Below, piece after piece: positions 25,501 through 30,789 of a DNA stretch of 64,000 bases. The stretch's first letter is position 1; every line of letters starts with the position of its first letter. The stretch comes from Giardia intestinalis (Eukaryota), in assembly GCA_000002435.2 (NCBI GenBank), contig CM018792.1. One strand, 5' to 3'. The position numbers and the translations under genes are program-made. The notes under the pieces are model-generated. The model searched no databases. It was not told the DNA's origin and saw nothing but the letters and a program-made list of their open reading frames with translations.

Positions 25501-26434
25501 AAGCATATTCCACGCATCTAGCAAAGGCTGTACACGCCCAATATTTTTGCAAACTCTCGCCGATTGTCAAAGATTGTACTCTGTAATCCAGCACTGTATC
25601 GTAGATAGTATGAGCACATTAGAGAACCAAGTCCGTGCACACGAGGACGCGATTGCTTCTATCGCTGCATCCTTGCGTGCCGATGCTATTACATCGGACA
25701 GCCCACTTGAAACGCTTGAGACCAGCTCTGTTGTTTTTCCAGTAGCCGTAGACACTACTTTTATGCATCAAACGTCTATGCACGATCTCTTATTGGGAGC
25801 ATTCCAAGTGTCTACCAGTGACAAGGGGAACATCTACAAATATGCTATTAATCGCCAATCATCATGTGTAGAAGCACTCTACAGCAAACCAGGCACACTG
25901 ACAGCGCACAGCCCCCTGAGGTTGTTTCTGACATCCCTCCACGACAAGCAGGACGTTGTTCTTTCCATCGCGAACAACCAGCTCCTGTCATTCTGTTCAC
26001 TAATAGATTTAGAGCCCGTTGGGTACCGTGCCCCTGAGATCTCGGAATCAGCTCCTACAGTCAAGGTGGTCTTACAGAGACCTGTCTCGGACTTCACTTA
26101 TCTTGATTACACCAGCAATCTTATCACAGTGGAAAAGCCGGTGGTCTCGATGTATCGTGTAGACTCAGAGCGTATCTATCAGGAGGTGTCTCTCTGTGGG
26201 TATGTCCTTTCCATTGTTGATGAAGCTATAGTTGACTTTATGTGCACCTTACAATCCAATGCCGACGTCCTTAATACCTTGACCAACAAAATGCTCCAAC
26301 TGGTGTTATCGCCCAATAAGGTGCCGTTTCTTGAAGCCATCGCCGAGGTCCACCAGCAAATGAAGATCGTCACTGCCATGGTCATCCGCCTCAAGAAGTG
26401 TCTCTTCTTGAAAATCCACATGCCTAGAAGGTGA
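10592..26434 (+). CDS. Giant hypothetical protein (5281 aa), Leu/Ser-rich and probably alpha-helical, with coiled-coil segments near the C-terminus
   Basis: A single uninterrupted ORF of about 15.8 kb. The first in-frame ATG is at 10592 (the track start at 10568 is a TTG). I could not recognise a P-loop, kinase, FATC or any other motif. Every antisense ORF within it is shorter than 135 aa. Confidence 0.7.
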   Translation: MLPAAHAAEDLLLLLQHPAERRITALPGYSCVTALGRHSSSEVVFCSEEEGQVTFTPERPAPPFSFLFYKSQDAAPAVLLGCSSCQEQTSLLSTILIIFTAVYKQSARFQTQQLYPLYEQFYRLLRLDPLLVQSSVLVDLLEHSPHIDLPAALDAPLVYRYEMGVRHYFSNILHLWALEASNLLSFSQGPRVYDGPSTNTKCAYGTPEYSVFVPRIKSFIDSMRKHIKLTGFSYTDCFNLIILEKLAQMPSLFSFILTGSQKHSHLLSIKRYIDQALDDKTSVFHKMICILAKSNSHSVGEFNRLSYFSQKQAGALKSALQLAIALLPYVLVIHRVSTSYYHIVHSDIQEELSLDLLSDAFFTAICNRLTESKEPAAYDLIAYSLGSDITLAVQHAIGPDHLFATNILLYRRNLGSALRFLDRLGSVLPESPKLTTRISQLRLRCQDLLDLSMWQYQYNTALGIIKTSVYEFPPSLLTILEETVKTIQLFIPDSYSTSETEPTSNFTYALTLLPTEGAFDWLPFLLQGLGSEHVVSAWPKNLVNSSSLDKLSGSGSYYPICGRYKPTNTTEQSCQRAVKAAIQGGRPTPTSRSTSGRKKPILRLTLDVDDLQASNTIGSSLSVSSFSHVAEAPVKSITRREKSMFKYNHPKRKLVTKSLTLATLFKHNFQVMQSIIHRADFNCIHSISVGLQRLAPSLVPTFEGGREIQSATPPILPLHLGRHIIAVRTLLERQAIFAALSPLLLQFILASISFLFYIKRNVLKSFFNIIHLDQYYPCVLFIEHHYKHCVILAYMVCCFGTVLLRFVAWKATESPLLSTVTEEFLSRVTSHGLLDVMLYLSSQLLELLRVSLPTRTHCRLGDYPYKHIASLSQKLPCPEFLTFLWLFDQVFAALKAMRDDCYQAWSSALNQTAEKLHDIMTSVPISVASQAGNLVSYSIGNIDPLPNFIRSCHLYQVSTASQMFSSSDEGTNDHPFNVLYDLLNKKHDEQDNFQTVLLNFKEDLLNCGPTVKHGAWILPPISPQLSQASLSLFRFCISTSILHKHRRLESLLNEHRSLYTRLHQSHLWTLVREQCVQVDALFKSYLSNPAFIWQTTDTMEQFLQDLSASIQLLSSQTHTLSTITANLRNSLMSYAPALKKRINLPITQPLAPVSEFLASSRSWSNDQLPDSIVVHILNDILSQESELGDTPKYFIPKFAEVIQYHEYLSFGSMVLADTDLCNNNTDGDGLNQQISLFINTCNQIEERIYLFKRSIESQLDSYCKEVELLRASSELSDELLLALFNDLSLTLHELAVVWMLYLYLLSSPKTPTLLHVATTLIGDKLYTSPALGSLSEIPQAITDLLSLLSLHKTIDQQSMTPELQNIYSWAETLIHADPLLLRLSESIEDRALTAVLHTVTGRLAIWVISVIQIPLLIDRVLEKLPEMKSSFHNLCSKSTRPARFDCEYSALNQYLPLNLLFSDTSIVHYYKFDGLLFHIAKLLFFCYSKGYEQFDGITSTISASHAQLSNLKQSEDIVLMDLHTHQSASLFLENLLGYLGDILHIQASIDHIPSTKQFNRFFAEFLRFKTFITEKESRISVITCGLYLLRSTGLSEPLISQASTIVKELSSPILFNLYSILNLYLDALSRVEKECYTHLKHALGQLDDSRSLIIEYRYYPVIPSTLEPAALIRTVYLLRSIFKVDALRKLYEQINNRSQVLILYMQKNGIDIEPVFKQSTEKILALQGAINITYEKVKYLVDSTRASLLAYTVSANDALMTALHDFLSFRALDHRESLSLALQSAIKQRALTGAHVRNLYVHGSRILLFLEDSLVRIRHVYSKLCYHYELCYLQGIYGPAIFVKTAHDMLGFIRRSIEGTEFPNYLRLIASYQVIWGRLCQVADRLLYYEDKPIALFYDSYTEIMALLKDSYTLRRQVTLDNAVFLEFLSWYEDLLHILQEELLSIINLKDFTPEQWQDLIYHIGHVTQSSKCMALCTLDSETQLTLGNVLLLKLNTHPDILRGKISMALVSSAVSTKVTNAISHWSDLNTTDFIALVRELSDMMECTGLEHCLFANSIVKGRAADIYVEQYFDAHDLLSLSIIQRSAEELVRGMLQSTSLKASHTALLLEHLETFRAVADMECSERSFPMLTCCQVYLRTILDVGLVSAVFVSTLSQLYNFLIAYSYIGHEDCLNPFTAWTLEDEVSKCLTVLFHILSIHKYILELYDNNLQFKRYLLSDMIEDSSKTVEDIEAVLAFLHGQKVLQKKDRFSVENFNIFCGRLTSYFVPIRLCAFSMPLYQAEEALKLEDHTSSPSQEPSNNSSSKTCLKDVSIYPLMILLCVALKAVMVTIIDSVKDSLPHPSLEQSSETSYITDYAVTEIRKAIIPYNLFCLFSKGLNVCVTLNTLLSLSKIDPLLNGIVSGDLSFSNPNHKFFLQALSEASGSESTSDAAEADVSNCSLFRTALLSTFCNPFLKRLLAGYQKLITSSEDQNIIIGYWCDFPSESPMIFYQPVNLCAVNRWICTSECCNLHPLWLAVISVFHAYEETLRIGSLLALRELRALCSLSLSVDLCTNPSANDEDHAKGVYLTYGYCDLDAYQYEFVPFQAMYIGARLFLSTLCLFQHDYTGRASIISSTSNDFLIYICALVQKHMSIITELPLQLLMLQKEGNSETQLLTRLIDLPSMQWKSAMLWLLFEDFCEKLKASETTLQVLRDRALSGGKASIDPDFIARDLLQKLVSDNVLFLQMELSIFPGQAMSLLNSLDISFSPSKAASRGIMYCASSSPNGVVIARSLFAQIASSIPSLPMIDLIRVYSPTLSVTRSYLNGLLTAASCQSMLLYGLQFISLVRSIFQTILFSDESQVHRKQSVQFFVAHQAQQVLTEIASVLCFSNTQNKQPSASVLSACSHEAVTQRYSLILVPIDSKWETFQRQDLAVCGSDQSFNRNVSVDKQSDQSHIYRACVEIANLIRDPSNGKVTCRNLERALAKFLYHLLAGTTIESAEKFLYLSIDELLRTLAPLSLIGIRRVAEHNTMSVLFDSKVFMMHAQSILQQMVSMDLDERLLQCMDPLLDWLVQLVMRLRYLFIVASPLNAVVLCGPVFSYVHVLPWIFFRALKSSGFPTCYSSEQSEHLSKEAQDYAFLSIHSLRLSSDRSIREVISLYASEQPCYRTILMLTTESLTDEQRDICHRYGIPILNTARPIADANDFKHLELLSLYTNLHAWCCPIYPRINGTWSFTPSPFSLISMRHDTSSALESQAELKEVQQQDPESMTESSERLQSMYLSINHQRKLLAPRIVHSFIELSGVYRDLVEKAVSSTALCTYYRYHAITGALSIVLAILDTLLMDPCIRVNILRLETKYFHAIVVFSCSWAYAALPIKSHRNVDLKSDCASAPASQAESFLYVDSSIRKKSPLLLKTVPRTLHTRQAVIDSAQISWPVFLSNALGSLVLTKIGCHASNIYDFVPAVRVENKVIVDALVTTSLCLEHRSWPELAQTPRALVPQIVVTLCQLYAGERLLSADAGLSHIEFSALSAHISHFYSLGVYSLPAQRCLGILSNVFIIPGAQPVRRTATPESNSKRRLTPLQIVHCAFYPLSRDPTSKAGDATNLTLRSGDPEFCPLVVAAIPIFLTPSSQQHKAYSYAKTSSQILYIFDHHPPRQHIQRLHHPASMVLLQDTYPGSQQADSRFTFMTPRINSTVHTLVFQLFQPLASTLPLSCDQDAYIILIQLTLQAIQDYRGPAEHHHSLNTMLEILAPVQSLLEGFVLNEKITRNVYRSLAHEELVSTSEPLLTPSLAIFAWLLSTVDFYTSCFSKSFYDSPERSSFSELKDFYGSLLSLASFKASKVASTDADPGTFLSSSVKSFGTMELLEFYETYPLFAISLGHTNLFLPLRLRNISTFPIRTGSNTMTGILSNFAAHAQKLEEVVTHSVPPLDSSMFLRLLGLQKYQQFLLANNTSLPLPCPVTKSSEQAESSTSIDVGTICTTAIQCINFRILCDLFSNIHKILHSTPLDPLDGNYIYYSHISMPAFRVGVLLRNLSLFPVTRAEGVSSILVNSHLRLSRFILTEPGHSLRDTLAYACNLRGLIYPLEVVGIQSTEQGILLEIAQTLSLGYMLVAWMRKPVCIYISSYAVRNAKILASLVSLLCYGYSPEIMSTLTTIEQYALTRKILGLLYDPSYGPERSNSAILKDFSSIVDGPLERIGILQISEDSSPSLVKAIRASGLRRFLSLVALAHFSIPPASSRGRDPNQNYTSQLKLKRTGDPPISVLNTLPELLCSPIDVLSTTSADVSLSSLLHVYVDVPIYSDVHLFLKMAHYNHIYTSNLVFAMPPATEFGLVEHTLRRELSMETPALLQDILDDQECLKLAKVYTHIITYLSKVVDKRLLFYYTSYSTCVEFGKVFKSLLYHRRHTFTVRQKHYDLALTNLRLVHENSEQALESCRRASAEIQAHSLAFQNTNFELSHLEEEISVVKQRLCVRTNDKRYAEETLKEASELQNQYKKQIVVFHRQMDRISDYQNSVNPILFAAGWQTHKRFQECLSMACLHLAACTSKKVSVFALSVPKKGASKHTSKEIEPSLDTFKRRVSNIDVFIKEMIAPSPEEIVNSPHYQLIKDYLLDAIESISGYRHTASTYLVPIEHVKVEKGAQSDLAVLPKEISTRLPPFYTKEKARYVPSTMDLLRASVEVRSVHVIADMLFWILLFQMELSTMWINGAEYRTVISDQETAISNCANDIDSLERQLAAFESRLLLGQERKQNLNAELTNLRNKYAESKDMLSTTSSILSSISDLRQAWLGTSADLKLKLDNIMGDSIVIATAYTMLLHVNSSTRCKHLAGIASLLADTYGYTISPVWTEKGLSDSCITNMTLSSNELMQIQYAALTSHFFAPQVPLYERDLNIILSNTSVEVSGDINVSEDEWLGLINCFGSLTEIEADILRHGSTLIHETFVFYVTALLFGHRNTAILVTDQTRSQGRLLSEIVSKVSIFHASSKGCTRPIFLQTLADCQRLYSVIQHCIVDSMSTLENQVRAHEDAIASIAASLRADAITSDSPLETLETSSVVFPVAVDTTFMHQTSMHDLLLGAFQVSTSDKGNIYKYAINRQSSCVEALYSKPGTLTAHSPLRLFLTSLHDKQDVVLSIANNQLLSFCSLIDLEPVGYRAPEISESAPTVKVVLQRPVSDFTYLDYTSNLITVEKPVVSMYRVDSERIYQEVSLCGYVLSIVDEAIVDFMCTLQSNADVLNTLTNKMLQLVLSPNKVPFLEAIAEVHQQMKIVTAMVIRLKKCLFLKIHMPRR

Positions 26435-26446
26435 CGCACATCACAT

Positions 26447-27076
26447 TTACATTATATTTGGAAGCTGTTGCTTAGTAGGATCGATGCTCTGAGGAACATA
26501 ATTTATAAACTCCTTTTCAGTTAGAGATTGATAAATGAAGGAAGCTGTAAACTTGGTTGGTTGGAGGAGAAAACGTCGTCCAAGAGCGTCTATGCAGTGC
26601 TTAATCAGGTCTAGTGCGTCTTGCTTGGTCATGTCTGGCTTCCAGTATTCAGACATGACACTCAACAGGAAGTACATAGAATACCCCTGGACACAGAAGT
26701 TGTCTTCTCCCATCGTGCCCAGATAGTCCATGTAATACAGTTGAGGGCCAGCTGCATCCACGCCCCCTGTGATAACGTACACGTTGTACGGGCCCTCACG
26801 AATGGCCCGTGCAAGCTCTGTGCGAATAAAGTTGGCTGATGACTTAACTGTTGGCGTGTAGCCTTGACGAAGGGAACGGAGCTTCAACGAATGCTTAATG
26901 TAGTCTGTAAATTGAAGGACGTCACCGTCTTCGCCGGTCACAATCATCCCCTGGCCCTCATGGATCTTGACTGTACGATCCGCACATTCCTTGAGAACTA
27001 GGATGCTGTGCTTAAAGACCGTGTCTGCAACCAGACAAACAAAATCCTTTCCCTTGAAGCCAAAGACTGAATCCAT
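26447..27076 (-). CDS. PSMB2: 20S proteasome subunit beta type-2 (beta4, Pre1-like; a non-catalytic beta subunit)
   Basis: The protein is 209 aa. It aligns along its length with human PSMB2: MDSVFGFKGKDFVCLVAD matches MEYLIGIQGPDYVLVASD, GDVLQFTDYIKHSLKL matches GDTVQFAEYIQKNVQL, SSANFIRTELA matches TAAANFTRRNLA, and GPQLYYMDYLG matches GPALYYMDYLA. The ATG is real (rc of CAT at 27074-27076). Confidence 0.85.
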   Translation of the reverse strand: MDSVFGFKGKDFVCLVADTVFKHSILVLKECADRTVKIHEGQGMIVTGEDGDVLQFTDYIKHSLKLRSLRQGYTPTVKSSANFIRTELARAIREGPYNVYVITGGVDAAGPQLYYMDYLGTMGEDNFCVQGYSMYFLLSVMSEYWKPDMTKQDALDLIKHCIDALGRRFLLQPTKFTASFIYQSLTEKEFINYVPQSIDPTKQQLPNIM

Positions 27077-27164
27077 TGTTTCTTATTTCTCTTCACTCCC
27101 TTTAATGTAAATTGCCAAAGTGGGTCAAAACAAAAACCGAACAAAAAGTGCAGAATTGCGCACC

Positions 27165-29291
27165 ATGTTAACCACAACCCTGGCAACCCAAGATTGTAGC
27201 CAGCTACAGCGGCAGCTGGATCTCATGGAGGTCGACCTCAGCGTAAATAAGGAAGAAGGAGACGCGGTTATCAGAATGAACGATCAAATTATACGGCAGC
27301 TGAAAGCGGAGAATACCACCCTGCGTCAGCAAGCAACCGCCATGGCGCGTTCATTTTCACTGAATGCGAATCCAGAGCGCGTCCAGCGTGAAATATATTC
27401 CCTGGCACGCGAGGTAGACAATCTGGGGCATAAGCGCAAACGTCTCGAAAAGCAATTGGCACTTATTCGTGAAAAGGAGCCTCAATTCACAGATGCATTC
27501 CTGGATTCCATAACGCCCACGGGCCGCTCTCTTAAGAAGGAAGCAGAGTACATATCATGTGTCCAGAAGGGATGTATAAGACGCAACCCTAATACCGTTG
27601 ATTTGACATCCAGTGACGTCTTTAGGACACTAGAGAAGCGACGGGACGAAGTTGAGCTGAAATATAGAGATGCAAGGGCCCTCAACGATTTATATACCAA
27701 GCTGCGCAGACAGCTGCAAGAGCAATCCGTGCTATATGATAAGCAGATACGGCAGTGTAAGACTGTGCTTTCAAATAACGAGGACGCGTGCCGCCGAATG
27801 AGCATAATAGCAGAGGAGGCTGTTCTCTCTTCCTTTGACATGGATAACACTCTCCAGACAGAGAAAATGAACGCAACAATGAAGAAAGCAGATAACCAAC
27901 AGAAGTTAGAGGAGAGGCGAGAGCAGGTGCGTATTGCAATGGCAAGCGCAATGCCCAGGTCCCCAACCACTGCACGACCGTCCGCAGAGCCTGCAGACGA
28001 CACAACCATCATCACCATGGAGGAAGAAACGATAGAGGCCTATTGTAAGCGAATGTTTTTGACACGCATCTGTACAGAGACAGGCCTTACGAAGATAGAT
28101 CGCTTTGCAGAGGTTGCAAAGCAGCAGCAAGTAGAAAATCAAAGATTGGATGCGTTGTCCCATACTCTCAGTGAAAAGGATGATGCAACAAAGAAATCCA
28201 TCACGACGATCCTCCAAGTTCTCACAGATACAGAGTACATGCTCGACTCACACACTTCCGTGTTGCATGGAAACGTGTCAAAGCTGAGAGATTCTATTGA
28301 TGCTGCAAAGCATGAGTTTGCCCAGACCAAAGATAAAGCCAAGAGTGTCGATAGCCTTATAAATGCAATAAATACTGGCCTCCAAACGCTTCTAGACAAG
28401 CTCCTTTTGGTAAAGGCCCCGCCACTTTCAGAGCTACAGACGAAAAAAGGCTTCGAAGATCTCTTTTCAGACATGCCTGACAATATAAAGGACATAATAG
28501 CTTACTACGGGAGTGAAGCAGGCAACGCCGATGCTGCTTTGCTGCTCGAGAACGAGTTCCAGCAGATAGTCAGCATGGCCCTGGTCATCGTTAGTAAGCT
28601 GATCACCCTCAAGGAATTTAGAATTCGTGCCGGAAGCAGTAGTTGCGCTGCATCTATTAACAATAGTTCAATCTTGGAGACGCAAGGACTGCCAATGCTG
28701 CCTCTGAACTCTCAACTAGTCGCTGATCAAGGCGCAGAGCCTGCAGAGGGTGGACTTTACAAGACAGAGGAGAAAGGCGCTGAAAGTGCTGAAGAGTACT
28801 TCAACCAGATCCTTGGAAAAGCTGACGCACAACCAGAAGGACCGGCTGTTCCTGCAGAGGTGGAGGCCTCTCCAGTGAACAACGTCGAGGCTCCCGTACT
28901 TGTTCGCACTGCTCCAACCGGAAGAACGCTACTCTCAATAACAAAGGCAGACATTTTTGGCAAAACAACAGATAAGAAACTTACCATGGATACTCTCGGC
29001 GATGATGCCTTGTTTGACTCTGATGAAGACGATTATAATTACAACGCTATTGTACAGGACGACTGTACCGGTGATAACATGAAGATAGATCTTCCTTGGG
29101 ATAGGCCTGCGTCCAAGGCACCTATCCCTAGCAGGACGTCTGCAAAGATCAGTGCCCGCAATGAGAGGATAAGGCGCATACCGCAAGTGTTGCGAGAAAA
29201 AGACCCCATGGATCGTGACGTTATTAAAAGGGCCTCTGAGGCTATTGTACGCATGAACATGGTAGCAGAAGAGGATAAGCAAGAGCAGTAG
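27165..29291 (+). CDS. Hypothetical coiled-coil protein with an acidic C-terminal region (708 aa from the first ATG)
   Basis: A long ORF. The track start at 27120 is a GTG and the first ATG is at 27165. The middle of the protein has heptad-like Q/E/K/R/L-rich stretches. The tail is D/E-rich. Confidence 0.55.
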   Translation: MLTTTLATQDCSQLQRQLDLMEVDLSVNKEEGDAVIRMNDQIIRQLKAENTTLRQQATAMARSFSLNANPERVQREIYSLAREVDNLGHKRKRLEKQLALIREKEPQFTDAFLDSITPTGRSLKKEAEYISCVQKGCIRRNPNTVDLTSSDVFRTLEKRRDEVELKYRDARALNDLYTKLRRQLQEQSVLYDKQIRQCKTVLSNNEDACRRMSIIAEEAVLSSFDMDNTLQTEKMNATMKKADNQQKLEERREQVRIAMASAMPRSPTTARPSAEPADDTTIITMEEETIEAYCKRMFLTRICTETGLTKIDRFAEVAKQQQVENQRLDALSHTLSEKDDATKKSITTILQVLTDTEYMLDSHTSVLHGNVSKLRDSIDAAKHEFAQTKDKAKSVDSLINAINTGLQTLLDKLLLVKAPPLSELQTKKGFEDLFSDMPDNIKDIIAYYGSEAGNADAALLLENEFQQIVSMALVIVSKLITLKEFRIRAGSSSCAASINNSSILETQGLPMLPLNSQLVADQGAEPAEGGLYKTEEKGAESAEEYFNQILGKADAQPEGPAVPAEVEASPVNNVEAPVLVRTAPTGRTLLSITKADIFGKTTDKKLTMDTLGDDALFDSDEDDYNYNAIVQDDCTGDNMKIDLPWDRPASKAPIPSRTSAKISARNERIRRIPQVLREKDPMDRDVIKRASEAIVRMNMVAEEDKQEQ

Positions 29292-29310
29292 TAGTGCATA
29301 CTACATTTAC

Positions 29311-30687
29311 TTAGGTCCTGAGAGGAACCTCCCATATGGAATTGCAGGACCACATGACTGCGTCCCGGACAGCGTCAGAATCTATGTTCTGGATTGCCTC
29401 ACTCATTTCTTTGAGTAAATTGTCCGTGTCCGAAGACTGTTGCTGAGCATCCAGAGCCTGGACTGCGGCGGTCATCTGGGGCGTGAGGTACTCTAGTGGT
29501 GATAAATCTGCAAGCGCTCTATGTCCTGTAACTACATAGCCTCGCTGCTGTAGAGCCATATCTGCCGTAACGGTCAATGGAACATCGTCAAATATTACGA
29601 AGATAACGTCTGGCCACTCGGCAAAGTGTGCAAGCATCGCTGCAATCCATTGATCGATTGCAACCGGGCCAGGTTTTCCAATCAGAAACTGGTTGAAAAT
29701 CATTGGTTTTTCTAATTCAATTGGTGGAGCTCTATTAAGCCCTGTGACAGTGGCTATCTCTGGGCCTTGCCTGGTATAATTCGGAGGGAATCCCGCGATG
29801 GCTGTCAAAGCAGTCAACTTCGTGATTGACTTTCGTGAAAAGGAGTGCTTAGAGCGTAGCGACACCCCGTACTGTCTGTAAGGCCCAAAGTGCCATTCTG
29901 ACACGTTGATGTAGATAAGTAAGCGTGAGTAGTCGTCGCTGATGAGAATGTCTTTCGATGAAAGAAAATCGGTGGCGTCCTTCAGGGCATGGTTCAGGCT
30001 ACGGAAGAACGAGAGGCGCTCTTGTCGGGACAAGCTTCTCGCCCCTGCCGCGCTATTTTGTCGGGCACGACTTAGTTTAAGAGGAATACGAACGTTAAAG
30101 GCGGGCACATCGCGACGCCGAAGAGCACGGCTGATTGTCGGAACGGAGATTGGCCTCTGCGCAGCCGCCAAGGCCTGTGATGCCTCCATTATTGTGCCAC
30201 CAGGTTTCTGCAATGTCTCCATAATTATTCTGCCAGCTTCGTCGTTGATCATAGGACGTCTGCCACGCGTCTTTGGCTGAGTAATGTCGTCACCCTTTCG
30301 CAACCGCCAGAGGAGGGATCGGACACTAGAACTCTTGATGTTGCACTTCTTTGCATACCAGTCGAAAGGCTGCTGCTCATGGTATTGGGTCCAGAGCTCG
30401 ACCAGCTGTTTCTTTGCAGAAATGGTTATTGTGGCCCTACCCGCATCGGCTCGACGCTTCCGTGGAGACGCCTCTACTGCCGTGCTAGCTGTCGGCACCG
30501 GGGGTGGAGACGTCCCAATGGACTCCATCGGGATGGAGAAGAGGAGGTCTTGCGCTACTTGGCATTGGATGCCCAGCGGCGATTCACCAAGAGAAATGGA
30601 AAGCATGTCCTCCCTTAGGGCGTCTGACTGCAGGGCAGGCTGGTTCGAGGCATGGGCCGTTTTATTTCTCTTTAAGCGATCGTCCAT
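29311..30687 (-). CDS. Tc1/mariner-superfamily (IS630-Tc1-mariner) DDE transposase-like protein. It appears intact at 458 aa.
   Basis: The architecture matches C. elegans Tc1A. There is a bipartite paired-like HTH: ISAKKQLVELWTQ...NIKSSSVRSLLWRLRKG, then KTRGRRPMINDEAGRIIMETLQ...ISVPTISRALRRR (compare the Tc1A GRGRK...VSTTTISRRLRE). The first Asp sits in ILISDDYSRLLI (compare VLFSDESNFELF). The second Asp sits in VIFVIFDDVPLTVTA (compare FQQDNAPCHTA). The Glu sits in GYVVTGHRALADLSPLEYL (compare WPSMSPDLNPIENLW). The spacing from the second Asp to the Glu is about 31 residues. The ATG is real. Confidence 0.6.
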   Translation of the reverse strand: MDDRLKRNKTAHASNQPALQSDALREDMLSISLGESPLGIQCQVAQDLLFSIPMESIGTSPPPVPTASTAVEASPRKRRADAGRATITISAKKQLVELWTQYHEQQPFDWYAKKCNIKSSSVRSLLWRLRKGDDITQPKTRGRRPMINDEAGRIIMETLQKPGGTIMEASQALAAAQRPISVPTISRALRRRDVPAFNVRIPLKLSRARQNSAAGARSLSRQERLSFFRSLNHALKDATDFLSSKDILISDDYSRLLIYINVSEWHFGPYRQYGVSLRSKHSFSRKSITKLTALTAIAGFPPNYTRQGPEIATVTGLNRAPPIELEKPMIFNQFLIGKPGPVAIDQWIAAMLAHFAEWPDVIFVIFDDVPLTVTADMALQQRGYVVTGHRALADLSPLEYLTPQMTAAVQALDAQQQSSDTDNLLKEMSEAIQNIDSDAVRDAVMWSCNSIWEVPLRT

Positions 30688-30789
30688 CTGTTGTTAAATA
30701 TGAACAATGTGTTGGCAATTTAGGCCTGCACACTGTCCAAAATTTTAAGTCCATTAAATGTTATATTTACATACAATTTGAAAACAGGT

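Noticed and set aside
27482-29353. Minus-strand ORFs of 76-178 aa inside the 27165-29291 gene (27482-28018, 27682-28005, 28139-28495 and others)
   Set aside because: They are antisense to a long plus-strand CDS, with biased low-complexity translations. This is typical of shadow ORFs.
29292-30789. Search for terminal inverted repeats or TA target-site duplications flanking the Tc1/mariner-like gene
   Set aside because: The 19-bp 3' flank and the 102-bp 5' flank share no inverted similarity that I can see. I therefore did not call a mobile_element feature, only a transposase-like CDS.
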